Origin: a virus
Direction: 5' to 3' (one strand)
Virus record (IMG/VR): IMGVR_UViG_3300015371_000004
Span: 1-64,000 of that record
Length of the DNA stretch: 64,000 nucleotides
The first letter of the stretch is position 1. Each line of letters begins with the position of its first letter. Positions 39,054 to 48,187 of the stretch are shown here, piece by piece. The translations under genes were made by a program, and so were the position numbers. The notes beneath the pieces are model-generated. The model worked only from the letters and a program-made list of their open reading frames with translations. It was not told the origin of the DNA and did not search any database.

Positions 39054-40223
39054 TCAGAATTCCCCCTTCGACCGATACGCGGGCGCCTGATCGACCCAGA
39101 GCACCTGCTTCTTCGAGTAGTGCTTGACCCGCCCAAAGACCGTCTTGATCCCCGCATCGGCCAAGGCCCTCTGGTACTTGCCCAACGCGTAGAGCCTAGA
39201 GCCCCCCTGAAACGACCCGACATGGTCGATGTAGATCCGCTGCGGATTTCCGGGGGTACTGAAGTCAGTGCGCGTGTTCACCACGTAGCCGTGGGCACTC
39301 GACTCCTCGCTACCGGGCACAGTCAGCCCATGGCGCGCGTGGCGTCCGGCCGTATGCCCCGCCGCTTGGAGCGCCTGACTGACACGACTGAACGTGCTCT
39401 CACCACCCCCAAAGAGCTTCTCGGCACGCGTCCCCAGCTCGACCGCCATCTGCTGGTCAGTCAATCCGTGCTTCGGTCCCACCCAGAAGGTGTCACCCGA
39501 CACGTCTTGCCGGGTGTACACCGAGCGGCCGAGCTTCACTGTAGCCCCAAGCGGGGCATGGGCGGCCAGCCACGCCCCGGCTCGTCGATGCTGGGCCTCG
39601 GTGGCCGTCTGTGCGTACGCAAAGCTCTTGGCGATGCTCTGCACCGTGCTGCAGAACTGTCCACCGTCCGGTGACCCACCCGGCTTGTGGCAGTCATTCG
39701 ACTCCCGTTGCGCCTTCTTCCACCGCACGCCGACATAGTGCCTGCCCATCGCTGACTGGACGTACGGCTGGCCATCCCGGTCCACTTTGACCACTCCGCG
39801 TGTACCAGTCTCCGTGTCGAAGACGACGTCCCCCTTGGCGAGGCCATGCTTCTGCTTGAGCTGCGCGGCGAGCTTGGGCGCCACCGCAGCAGTCGCGGCA
39901 GCCTTGGCTACCCTCCGCTCGGCCTGCTGTCGCTTTCGCCCCGCCCCCAATACTTCCAGCTGAAAGGCGGCACTCGGGATTCCCGGGCCCTTGCGTTGAT
40001 TGGACCAAAACGCATCGACATCCTGCTCCAGCCGCCGCTGCCCATGCTTCTCAGCGTAGGCGGCCACCTCTGTCGCGTAGGCCGGGTGTCGCGCAAGAAA
40101 TTCTTGGGTGCCCACGTGAGCTGTGGAGCAAAACTGCCCACCGTCGGGTGATCCACCCGGCTTATGACAGTCGTTGGCCTCCCGGAAGCCGCCCGACGAG
40201 GGTTGGAGGCGCCAGTCGAGCAT
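39054..40223 (-). CDS. Doubly NxCH...GGQFC-tagged protein
   Basis: MLDWRLQPSSGGFRE-ANDCHKPGGSPDGGQFC and internal QRE-SNDCHKPGGSPDGGQFC. Confidence 0.7.
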   Translation of the reverse strand: MLDWRLQPSSGGFREANDCHKPGGSPDGGQFCSTAHVGTQEFLARHPAYATEVAAYAEKHGQRRLEQDVDAFWSNQRKGPGIPSAAFQLEVLGAGRKRQQAERRVAKAAATAAVAPKLAAQLKQKHGLAKGDVVFDTETGTRGVVKVDRDGQPYVQSAMGRHYVGVRWKKAQRESNDCHKPGGSPDGGQFCSTVQSIAKSFAYAQTATEAQHRRAGAWLAAHAPLGATVKLGRSVYTRQDVSGDTFWVGPKHGLTDQQMAVELGTRAEKLFGGGESTFSRVSQALQAAGHTAGRHARHGLTVPGSEESSAHGYVVNTRTDFSTPGNPQRIYIDHVGSFQGGSRLYALGKYQRALADAGIKTVFGRVKHYSKKQVLWVDQAPAYRSKGEF

Positions 40224-40345
40224 CAGGCGCCTCCCCACGTTGCTGACTTTTTCCGGTTGTCCGTCATCCAGAGCGGCTTCTGGTGTGCCGCGGCTCGGGC
40301 CGGGTTTTTTCGGCGCCACTCCCGCTGGTACTCCGCAGTCGTCAC
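40223..40345 (-). CDS. 40-aa basic peptide (YQREWRRKNP), possible homing-endonuclease remnant
   Basis: GTGA/TGATG coupled on both sides. Confidence 0.35.
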   Translation of the reverse strand: MTTAEYQREWRRKNPARAAAHQKPLWMTDNRKKSATWGGA

Positions 40346-40758
40346 GCTCCACCTAAAGACAGTCGGCCGGAGTATGAGGCATCTTCCAGCGCGCTATCTA
40401 TGCCTTCAGCTAGTTTTTCGTATAAATCTGGAAGGTATTTGTAAAAAGTGCCCCAGAAGTACGGGTACGGGCGGCTTCTGCCGGGCACGCCCTCCTCCAC
40501 TGCCGCGGCGTAGGGCGCCAAGGCGTAGACGTGCAGCTCGATGTGCCCATTGCCCGGGACTTCGATGTGGTAGCCGATGCTCCGCTCCAGCCTCCCCGTC
40601 CGGTTGATGAACGAGTGCTGGGTGATCATCTCCTGCGTGGCCGTCGACCCGAACCATTCGAGGACGGTCGTGATGTTGAGCAGGAACTGCTGCGCCAACC
40701 CACCCACCCGCGTGATGAGGTCGTCGAGCCCTTCCATCCGGAGGCGCGGGACGATCAC
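40342..40758 (-). CDS. Neck protein (HK97 gp10-like)
   Basis: RTGRLERSI...YAAAVEEG...PYPYF. Confidence 0.8.
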   Translation of the reverse strand: MIVPRLRMEGLDDLITRVGGLAQQFLLNITTVLEWFGSTATQEMITQHSFINRTGRLERSIGYHIEVPGNGHIELHVYALAPYAAAVEEGVPGRSRPYPYFWGTFYKYLPDLYEKLAEGIDSALEDASYSGRLSLGGA

Positions 40759-41153
40759 GGCACCACCGGCGCCGTCTGGCGATACTCGTCGAGCCGCAGC
40801 TCGACGAAGTAGCCGTGATGGTTCAGGACGTTCGTCACCTGAAACGTCTGCCCGTCGATGTCCACGAAGTCACCCTGCAGGACGCCCCGGTTGCCCACGA
40901 CAATGAGGGTGGGCGAGGTCCGCTCCGTCTGCCCGCCGCCGTAGAGCTGGACCACGCCCCCAGCCGGGATGAAGAGCAGCTCCCCCTCGTAGATCACGGT
41001 CCGAGGCCCCGAGCCGAACTGCTTCTGGCCCTTGTTCCCGTAGACGTACGTCTCCCGGTAGATCCGGAGGAAGCGCGCCGGGAAGGACCGGGTCAGCTGC
41101 TGGATTTCCCGCTGCACGATGGTGCCGCGGGGGCGCCGGAGTCCGGTCCTCAT
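40755..41153 (-). CDS. Head-tail stopper/joining protein
   Basis: GDFVDIDGQTFQV; position. Confidence 0.6.
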   Translation of the reverse strand: MRTGLRRPRGTIVQREIQQLTRSFPARFLRIYRETYVYGNKGQKQFGSGPRTVIYEGELLFIPAGGVVQLYGGGQTERTSPTLIVVGNRGVLQGDFVDIDGQTFQVTNVLNHHGYFVELRLDEYRQTAPVVP

Positions 41154-41791
41154 CGGCCTTGATAGTTGATCATCCGGTAGGCGGTCATGGCGAGGGCAGG
41201 CGATTCCTGCCCGAGGGCCGTTTCGAGAAAGACCTTGAGCTTCGTCTGCGCCTTCTCGAAAGCAAGCCGGGCCATCTCCCGCCAGTTCGGGTGCGAGCGG
41301 TACTGGTGCGCCTCGTAACCGCCCGCGGTGACCACGATCTCCTCGGCCTCGATCGCCGCCATCATCATGTAGGCATGGTAGGCCGCGAAGTCGAGGGCCA
41401 CCGGGCGCAGCCCCACTGGGCTCACGAGGGGGACCGTTTCGAAACTCAGCGTCTGGCAGCCTTGGATCACCGCCTCATCGAGCTGCTCATCGCTGAACCA
41501 TTGGTAGCCGAAGGACGCCAAGAGGGCGCCGGAGGGCGGCGGCGCGGTGACCAAGCTGACCACGCCCGTGTCCACTTCGAAGTTGTCGATGTCGCCGTCC
41601 TGAATGATGGCCCCGTCGAGGTAGAGCGTCAGAGAGCCTTCGAGGATGCGCGTGCGGCCAAGAGAAAAGTCTTTGGTATGCCCGTCCGGGACAGGATAGA
41701 TCGGGACCTTGAATTCGAACTTGTCCCCGTCGTTATCCGCGAGCAGTGTCCGGAGAGACTTGCGCGCGGCACTCGACTCCCACTCGGCCAT
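41150..41791 (-). CDS. Head-tail adaptor
   Basis: LRTLLAD...WFSDEQL with an inserted beta domain. Confidence 0.65.
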   Translation of the reverse strand: MAEWESSAARKSLRTLLADNDGDKFEFKVPIYPVPDGHTKDFSLGRTRILEGSLTLYLDGAIIQDGDIDNFEVDTGVVSLVTAPPPSGALLASFGYQWFSDEQLDEAVIQGCQTLSFETVPLVSPVGLRPVALDFAAYHAYMMMAAIEAEEIVVTAGGYEAHQYRSHPNWREMARLAFEKAQTKLKVFLETALGQESPALAMTAYRMINYQGR

Positions 41792-42341
41792 CGGGATAGC
41801 GCTCCTGTAGTTCGCGGAGAATGACGGTCCGCTCGGCGCGGATCTTCCAGACCTTGGCCATGCCGCGCCAGACCTTGTTCAGCTCCCGGCTGATCTGGTC
41901 CACCCGGCGCGCGGCCTCCTGATCGACCCAGCGGACGATCTCCGGATCCTGCAGGAACGTGTGCGTCTTGGCGGCGGCCTCGGCCGCCTTCCGCTTCTGG
42001 TAGGCCTTGAGCCCGGCCTTGGTGACCTCCGTCTCGGCCTTCAGGCGCTCGACGAACTGGTCGAGCGACAGGTCGTCGGCCAGATAGACCGGCACGTAGA
42101 CGATCCCCTTCGCGAGGCACCACTGGCGCTTCTCGTCGATGTAGAAGCGCTCGTCACGCGGGTCCGGCTCGAAGTCGACCGCTACCTGCGGGCTGACCGC
42201 CATGTAGTAGCGGGAGATCCGGACCGGGTCCTTGACGAGATTGCCGTGGATGGCAATCCGTAGGTCCTCGGGGTACCACGGCGCGAGGTACTGCACCGAG
42301 CCCACGCCCTGCGAAATGAGGTCGACCTTCTGCTCTGCCAT
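41733..42341 (-). CDS. Hypothetical protein, possibly degenerate nuclease fold
   Basis: VAVDF...DEKRQWCLAKGIVY. Confidence 0.45.
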   Translation of the reverse strand: MAEQKVDLISQGVGSVQYLAPWYPEDLRIAIHGNLVKDPVRISRYYMAVSPQVAVDFEPDPRDERFYIDEKRQWCLAKGIVYVPVYLADDLSLDQFVERLKAETEVTKAGLKAYQKRKAAEAAAKTHTFLQDPEIVRWVDQEAARRVDQISRELNKVWRGMAKVWKIRAERTVILRELQERYPDGRVGVECRAQVSPDTARG

Positions 42342-42366
42342 GGTTCCCTACCCCTTGAAACACGAA

Positions 42367-42401
42367 CGCCCGCTGGGGTCACACGATACCACCAGCGGGC
42401 G
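42367..42401 (-). terminator. Hairpin after the major capsid gene
   Basis: cgcccgctgg/ccagcgggcg 10-bp stem followed by ttcgtgtttc on the minus strand. Confidence 0.4.
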
Positions 42402-42419
42402 CGTGCCGAATCAGGAGCC

Positions 42420-43469
42420 TTACGTGAGGACCGTGCCGTCGTTGCCGAGGTACGCGAACCGCGGCTCGACCCAGTCGGCCTCCCACCGTTCGCGCGCGCG
42501 GAAGGCGTAGACCTCCATGATGAAGGAATTGCCGCTGCGCGGATCCTCCTGCACGATCTCCAGATTGTCGCGCCGCTGGAACACGAAGCCGCGCTTGGGG
42601 TCGCCGATGAGCCACGCCTTGGCGGGGATGAACGGCGACACGAACACGGTGTAGCGCCCGTAGAGCGGGTTGATCTGGCCCGAGAACGTGCCGGTCGAGG
42701 TGATCGGCATGATGGTCGAGTTCATGAGCCGGAGCGCGGTGAACTCGTCCTCCGGGCTCACCAAGAGCTGTGTCGGGACGTGCAGGAACTTGCGGCCGGT
42801 CGGGTCGACGATCCGGCGCGCGTTGGTGTGCGCCGATTCGAGGGATGTCGCGCTGAGCACCGAGTAGGCCGCGGGCCGATTGCCGTAGAGCGTGCTGAAC
42901 ACGACGCCCGTGCCCGCGGTGCCCGTGTAGGTGGAGGGGCCGACTTTGACACCTTCCTCCGTTCGGGTCAGGCCAAGCAGGCGGGACAGCACGTAGATTT
43001 CTTGGAAGATCCGGAAGCCTTCGCCGAGGTCCGCCGAGCGGCTGCGAATCTGGCCGGTCTGATCGTCGTCGAACAGCTCGCGCTCGAAGGTGATGAGCTG
43101 GCCGTACTTGTAGTTCAGGATTTCGCGCTCGAAGCCCTTGAACGCGCTGTCCTGAAACTTTTCACCGTTGTCGACCTGCTTGGGCAGCGTCGGCCGGTAC
43201 AGCCCGCCGTAGATTTCGCTCCGGCGACTCGACCGCACCTCGGTGACGAAGTGCGGGAAGATGACCGGCAGGTCCCGGAAGACGACGTTGGCGAACTCCT
43301 GCACGGCCGATCGCAGCAACCATCCGTAGGTCGCTTCGATGTTGGCTTCGTAGAAATTGCCGAGCCGCCCCGCGGCTTCACGCAGCCGGTGGAAGCTGAA
43401 CGAAGGGTCGAGATAGTCGATCCGAGAGGCGACTTCTCGCAATTTGCCGAGCATGCGCTGAGAAAACAT
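42420..43469 (-). CDS. Major capsid protein (HK97 fold, Mu gpT-like)
   Basis: KYGQLITFERELFDDDQTG, PTQLLVSP, VSPFI..AWLI, AFRARERW..EPRF. Confidence 0.85.
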   Translation of the reverse strand: MFSQRMLGKLREVASRIDYLDPSFSFHRLREAAGRLGNFYEANIEATYGWLLRSAVQEFANVVFRDLPVIFPHFVTEVRSSRRSEIYGGLYRPTLPKQVDNGEKFQDSAFKGFEREILNYKYGQLITFERELFDDDQTGQIRSRSADLGEGFRIFQEIYVLSRLLGLTRTEEGVKVGPSTYTGTAGTGVVFSTLYGNRPAAYSVLSATSLESAHTNARRIVDPTGRKFLHVPTQLLVSPEDEFTALRLMNSTIMPITSTGTFSGQINPLYGRYTVFVSPFIPAKAWLIGDPKRGFVFQRRDNLEIVQEDPRSGNSFIMEVYAFRARERWEADWVEPRFAYLGNDGTVLT

Positions 43470-43527
43470 CGTTCGTGGCTCCTTGAGCGGTCAAAACCCC
43501 TTCGTCTACGCGGCGCGAAGCGCCGTC

Positions 43528-44013
43528 CTAGAAGCTCATCTTCAACGTCGAGACCACCCGCAACCGGACCAGAATCAGGTCGCCGCCGGTAACCGTCTGG
43601 CCGCTCGCCGAGTCGTAGTCGTTCTCGACCGCCACCACGCCCACCTGATTGCCTGCGTTGGCGCCGGTCTTCTTGACATGCTGGACGCTGGTCGTGCCGA
43701 GAGTCAGGATGTCGAGCGGCTTGAGGACCACGGTCTCGTCAATGATCAGCTCGACGAGGCCTTCCTGAATGACGTTGATCCGCCGGACGCGCGTGTCGGA
43801 CGTGAGAACGCCAACCGTATCGATCGGGTTCTTGCCTTCCGACATGCCCAAGAAGGAGCCCGCGGAGGCCGACGTCAGGGGCACCGCAATGCGGGCCGAT
43901 GCGTCCCACGCCAGCAGGTCACCTTGAAAGATGTCCGTGTTGAGGTTGATCGGGACCCGGGACGCCCGGAATTCCTCGATCTTTACGCGATTGATGCTTT
44001 CACGATCGGCCAT
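43528..44013 (-). CDS. Capsid decoration/cement protein
   Basis: IFQGDLL...FLGMS...VGVV; between scaffold and MCP. Confidence 0.65.
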   Translation of the reverse strand: MADRESINRVKIEEFRASRVPINLNTDIFQGDLLAWDASARIAVPLTSASAGSFLGMSEGKNPIDTVGVLTSDTRVRRINVIQEGLVELIIDETVVLKPLDILTLGTTSVQHVKKTGANAGNQVGVVAVENDYDSASGQTVTGGDLILVRLRVVSTLKMSF

Positions 44014-44063
44014 GGTATGTCGTCTCCGTCAGATTCTTCGCGTGCCCCTCATGAACGGACGAA

Positions 44064-45659
44064 CTACTTGGTGGTCTGCGCCTGCTTGATCGGCAGCCCC
44101 AGCTCTTCGAGAAAGTCATCCGGGCCCGCTTCCCCGTTGGCAAACGACTCCCGGAAGCGCGACGGCATCCCGTCGACTTCGCCGTCCGAGTCCTCATCGA
44201 ACTCCTCGTCGCGCGACCGCGCGCTCTCGACGAGCGAGCTGTAGAAGCTGGCCGCCTCTTCCATCTCGGCCTTGGTCCGGCACTCGCGCACGAGCTTGGC
44301 GGCGAGCTTGTCCTGCGTGTCCTTGTCGAGCCCCTTGACCTTCTTGACCACGCGGGCCGCGGCGGCCTCACGCGCCTGCTGGTTCATCTTGGCCTTGAGC
44401 TGACGGTTCTCTTCCGTGATGGCTTCGAGGGCTTCCTTCAGCCGTTCGGTCTCGGTCGGCTCGGCCGCGCCCTCGGTCTCGGCGTAGCGCCGGGCCTTCT
44501 GGGTCGTCTGGGTCGACTTCTTCGTCATCGACCCGGCCCCCGCCTTGGCGCCGCCCTTGGCCGCCATGTTTTTCTTGGCCCCTGTGGTGTAGATCGCGTT
44601 CTCACGCGTCTTGTCGGCTTTCTCCTCACCCGGGCGAATCACCTTGGTGCCGCGGTTGAACCGGTCCCGGAGCGACGACACGGCCTCCCGAGTCTCCTCG
44701 GGGTCTTCGGCCTCCTCGTCGTCTTCCTCGTCGGCCTCATCCTCTTCCTCGGCGTCGGCCTCTTCCAGTTCGTCCTCGGCGTCGGCGTCCTCGGCGTCGT
44801 CTTCCTCGGGCTCCGCCGCTTCGCGGGTCTCTTCAGCCTCGTCGTCGGCCGCGGCTTTCTTGGTCGGCTTCTTGGCTTCCTTGACCTTGTCCTTCTTGGT
44901 GGCCTTGGCGTCGGCCTCCTCGCTCATGCACTCTCGGAGCTGCTCGGTAAGCGTCTCGACCTTGGCCGCATCACCGCGCTTGGCGGCCTCCGCGATCTTG
45001 GTCAACAGCTTCTCTTTCTTCCCCATGATGGTCTGCTCCTGTCGAGCTGCTCGGGCCGATTCGAGGAGGTGTTGAAACCCCCCACCTGCGCCAGCCTCGG
45101 TCACGATGTCGGCCGAGGCAATCTTTCGAAAGTTCTGAACCTCGTTGACCTTGCCGCCCGCTTCCGCGATGTCGGCCTCTTGGGTGTCGCCGTGGCCATT
45201 GATCGAGATACCGATCCGGTCCGCCGCGCCCCACTCCTTGAGGTCTTCGATGTTCTGGGCCAGCCACCGCTGCGACCTGAAGACATTCAGGTCGCCGACG
45301 ACTGCGCCCCCTCGCTCTCCCTCACGCACAAACCGAACGTTGGTGTACAGCCCAACCTGATCCCGGATGGTGCGCTCGGGCTGGACGGTCTCATCGATGC
45401 GGGAGGGATGGTCAGCGTACGCCCGGAGCTTCTCGAACTGCCCTTGGTCGACGGCCTCTTTGAGGACATGCGCCGGGTAGTAGTGCCGGTCGGCGGCGTT
45501 TCCCAGACCAGCCTTGATGATGGTGACACCCCGGAAGACACGGCCCCCATCCGCGAGGGGCAGGCTCCGCGCGCGCTCGCTGAACGTCCGGACGAACGTC
45601 GTCAGGTGCGCTTGCTGGCGCCGGGTAATCGGGTACTTTCGTGCGGCGGCCGTGGCCAC
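44064..45659 (-). CDS. Prohead protease-scaffold fusion
   Basis: IIKAGLGN..RHYYP, YADHP, IGISING (His/Ser); long acidic and coiled-coil C-terminus. Confidence 0.8.
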   Translation of the reverse strand: MATAAARKYPITRRQQAHLTTFVRTFSERARSLPLADGGRVFRGVTIIKAGLGNAADRHYYPAHVLKEAVDQGQFEKLRAYADHPSRIDETVQPERTIRDQVGLYTNVRFVREGERGGAVVGDLNVFRSQRWLAQNIEDLKEWGAADRIGISINGHGDTQEADIAEAGGKVNEVQNFRKIASADIVTEAGAGGGFQHLLESARAARQEQTIMGKKEKLLTKIAEAAKRGDAAKVETLTEQLRECMSEEADAKATKKDKVKEAKKPTKKAAADDEAEETREAAEPEEDDAEDADAEDELEEADAEEEDEADEEDDEEAEDPEETREAVSSLRDRFNRGTKVIRPGEEKADKTRENAIYTTGAKKNMAAKGGAKAGAGSMTKKSTQTTQKARRYAETEGAAEPTETERLKEALEAITEENRQLKAKMNQQAREAAAARVVKKVKGLDKDTQDKLAAKLVRECRTKAEMEEAASFYSSLVESARSRDEEFDEDSDGEVDGMPSRFRESFANGEAGPDDFLEELGLPIKQAQTTK

Positions 45660-45683
45660 GTACTTGCCACGGGCACAAACGGA

Positions 45684-45908
45684 TCAGCGGCGAGTCAGCG
45701 GCGCGGCGACGACCTCATCCCCATCGAAGTTGGCGATGTAGGGGCGGTGGATCCGTAGCTCTTCGAAGGGGACGCCCCGGCGTCGGCACCACTCGACGCA
45801 GTGATCGGTGAAGGCCAAAAAGAAGGCCGAGAGGTCATGGTTCTTTTCGAGGAGCCTGACCATCTGGCTATTGTTCGTCTCCAGCATCTCGTGGATGTTC
45901 GACGGCAT
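45684..45908 (-). CDS. Small hypothetical protein
   Basis: 74 aa in the head operon. Confidence 0.5.
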   Translation of the reverse strand: MPSNIHEMLETNNSQMVRLLEKNHDLSAFFLAFTDHCVEWCRRRGVPFEELRIHRPYIANFDGDEVVAAPLTRR

Positions 45909-45910
45909 AT

Positions 45911-46198
45911 CTATTTGCCCTTAAAGGATTTATCTCCAAGGCTCGACGTACAGACGGCGTACGCATTCACCCCGCGCCCGCTGGCCTTGACCTTGTCGGT
46001 ACACCGCTTCCATTTGTCCGTGTGGATGTCCTTGTGGCCCGCCTTGGTCATAACCTCGCGCGTGAGAGGCCAGTTCGACGGGGTCGTGGCCACCCGAGCC
46101 TGAATCACGCGCACGGGGATCCCCCGCAGGTGGACCGTCTCGCCCGGGGCAAGGTCACGCTCTTCCAGCGAGTCTGACTGAGGAATCGGCCGAATCAT
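45911..46198 (-). CDS. Small head-operon protein with KWKRC...NAYAVC motif
   Basis: SD aaggag; two-Cys basic C-terminal module after LTRE. Confidence 0.55.
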   Translation of the reverse strand: MIRPIPQSDSLEERDLAPGETVHLRGIPVRVIQARVATTPSNWPLTREVMTKAGHKDIHTDKWKRCTDKVKASGRGVNAYAVCTSSLGDKSFKGK

Positions 46199-47315
46199 GC
46201 GGGGTCTCCTTCCCACAGAGTGCCTTGAACGTCTCCACCCACGCCGGGCCTTTGGCCTCCTCGGAGTAGCTCGCCCACACTTCCCGGTTGGCGGCCTCCC
46301 CCACCCGTCTCCGTAGGTCTATATCCTCAACAAGCGCTGAGAGATGCTCCTCCCACTCGGCCTGCGTCTCGGCCAAAAATCCCGTGCGGCCATGGTCAAT
46401 GCTCTTGGCATACGGATAGACCTTCGAGGCCACACAGGGCACGCGAAGTGACGCGTACTCCAGCCACTTGAGGTTCGATTTCGCCGCGTTAAACTGGCAC
46501 GGCGTGAGCGGGGCGATCCCGATGTCGAAGCTCACGAACTTCAGGGTCGCCGGGTACTTCTCGAACTTCACGCCCTTGACCACCTGTCGGCGGTTGGGCG
46601 GCACCGTCTGGCGCACCAGCTCCGGGAGGATCCCGAAAAACCGCAGCATCACCTGCGGGTAGCGCTTGACGATCTCGGCCAGCGCTCCGGCCGCCGCCGA
46701 GAAGTCCGTCTCATGCGTCGTCGACCCCTGCCAGCCGATGACCGTGTGCGGGTAATTGCTGTACGGCGTCACCGGGCAGAGCGCGGCGTCGCCCCAGTAG
46801 TCGGTCCGTAGGTGGTTGGGGCAGATAGAGATCCGGTCCTGCCAGCGCTTCCAGCCCAGATGCGTAGCCACCGCCTGCGCCAACGGTACCGTGGAGGTGG
46901 TCACCCGATCAGCCAGATCAAGCTGGGCCTCCAAGTCGCGCCGGATGTCCCGCCGCTCCCAGAAGCCCTTGGCCGGGTTGGTCCGCGGAATCGCCCACAG
47001 GTCATCGTCGAGATCCACCGTCGTCGGGATCCCCCGGCGCTGGCACTCCCGCATGACGGCTGGAAACGGCCCGCCAATACTGCGCTGGAAGACCATGAGA
47101 TCGTACTCGTAGCCCTCAGGCGAAAGCCCACCGATTCGGTCGGTCGGGTGCCCCTCTCCGGCCGCCGTCAGCGCGCGCATGTAGTGCGCGACCACCTCGC
47201 GCTGGTTGACCATGTCGATGTCGGCCGCCTTCGACTGCTGCACGTACATCGCCGGGAAGTACGAGCGGTACATCCCGACTCCCATGGTGTCGCTGTAGAA
47301 CCACTGCACTTTCAT
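46155..47315 (-). CDS. Glycosyltransferase (GT-B)
   Basis: GVGMYR, VDLDDDL, IGWQGS, DIGIAPL..FNAAKSNLKWLEY. Confidence 0.85.
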   Translation of the reverse strand: MKVQWFYSDTMGVGMYRSYFPAMYVQQSKAADIDMVNQREVVAHYMRALTAAGEGHPTDRIGGLSPEGYEYDLMVFQRSIGGPFPAVMRECQRRGIPTTVDLDDDLWAIPRTNPAKGFWERRDIRRDLEAQLDLADRVTTSTVPLAQAVATHLGWKRWQDRISICPNHLRTDYWGDAALCPVTPYSNYPHTVIGWQGSTTHETDFSAAAGALAEIVKRYPQVMLRFFGILPELVRQTVPPNRRQVVKGVKFEKYPATLKFVSFDIGIAPLTPCQFNAAKSNLKWLEYASLRVPCVASKVYPYAKSIDHGRTGFLAETQAEWEEHLSALVEDIDLRRRVGEAANREVWASYSEEAKGPAWVETFKALCGKETPHDSADSSVRLAGRA

Positions 47316-48187
47316 CCGGTACGCCTCGCCTGAAAGACCGAATACGGCACGTACGTGCGCGCCCGCCCCTGCACCATCGACTGCGGAAGTTTCTCACACC
47401 GGCAGTTCGGATGACTATCGCGAATCGGCTGGTCCGTGGTGACGGTCAGGTGTTTCGGCCAGCAGATCGGGCAGACCTTCTCGTCATCCATGGTCACCCA
47501 GACCTCAGCCTCGTCGAACCGGTTGTAGGCCGCCGCCGCGCCGAGCGCGAGCGCCCAGAACAGCTCATTCGAGCCCAGCCCCGCAAGGCCTGCCTTGACC
47601 GTTGCCGCGATCCCGCCCAGCCGTGACAGCGTCTCTGGAAAAGGCTGCTCGGTGGCCACCGCGTAGCGGAGCGCCCCATTGACCTTCTGCGTGGCCACCC
47701 CGGCCCATGCCCCCACCCGATCCCGATAGTCGAGCCCGTTGATCTGAGCGGCCAAGAGGGCTTCCAGCGCGTCTTCCTCGTCGATCGGCTCCTCATCGAG
47801 GGCCCCATCCACGCCCCCGAGGAAGAGCGCCCACAGCCCCTGCTCGTAGCCTGCCGCATAGGCTCCCGCTAATGTGTCGTCGAACTCCTCCAGCGCGTCA
47901 TCGGCGGCATCCATGATCTCGTCTTGGAACTGCTGGGTGAGCGCGTCCACCGTGCCAAGGCTGGCGGCCTGCACGGTGTTCCATGCCGGGGTCTCTTCGG
48001 GCGACAAGTCCGGGAAAGGCAGGATGAAAAACTGGGCGAAGTAGCGGTCCAGTTCCTTCTGGAACATCTCGAAGGGCCGCTCGAACTCGTCGTCGAGCTT
48101 CGCCTTGAAACTGAACTCGCGCGCCTGAAATTCCCGGCGGCGCTGGAGCAGGATCGTCCGCGCGCTACTCGGTAGGTCTTGGGCCAC
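47312..48187 (-). CDS. MuF/gp7-like minor head protein (short form)
   Basis: WVTMDDEKVCPIC...HPNCRC after portal. Confidence 0.8.
   Translation of the reverse strand: MAQDLPSSARTILLQRRREFQAREFSFKAKLDDEFERPFEMFQKELDRYFAQFFILPFPDLSPEETPAWNTVQAASLGTVDALTQQFQDEIMDAADDALEEFDDTLAGAYAAGYEQGLWALFLGGVDGALDEEPIDEEDALEALLAAQINGLDYRDRVGAWAGVATQKVNGALRYAVATEQPFPETLSRLGGIAATVKAGLAGLGSNELFWALALGAAAAYNRFDEAEVWVTMDDEKVCPICWPKHLTVTTDQPIRDSHPNCRCEKLPQSMVQGRARTYVPYSVFQARRTG

Noticed and set aside
44580-44900. Acidic low-complexity repeat as a separate repeat element
   Set aside because: It is the Asp/Glu-rich part of the scaffold coding sequence
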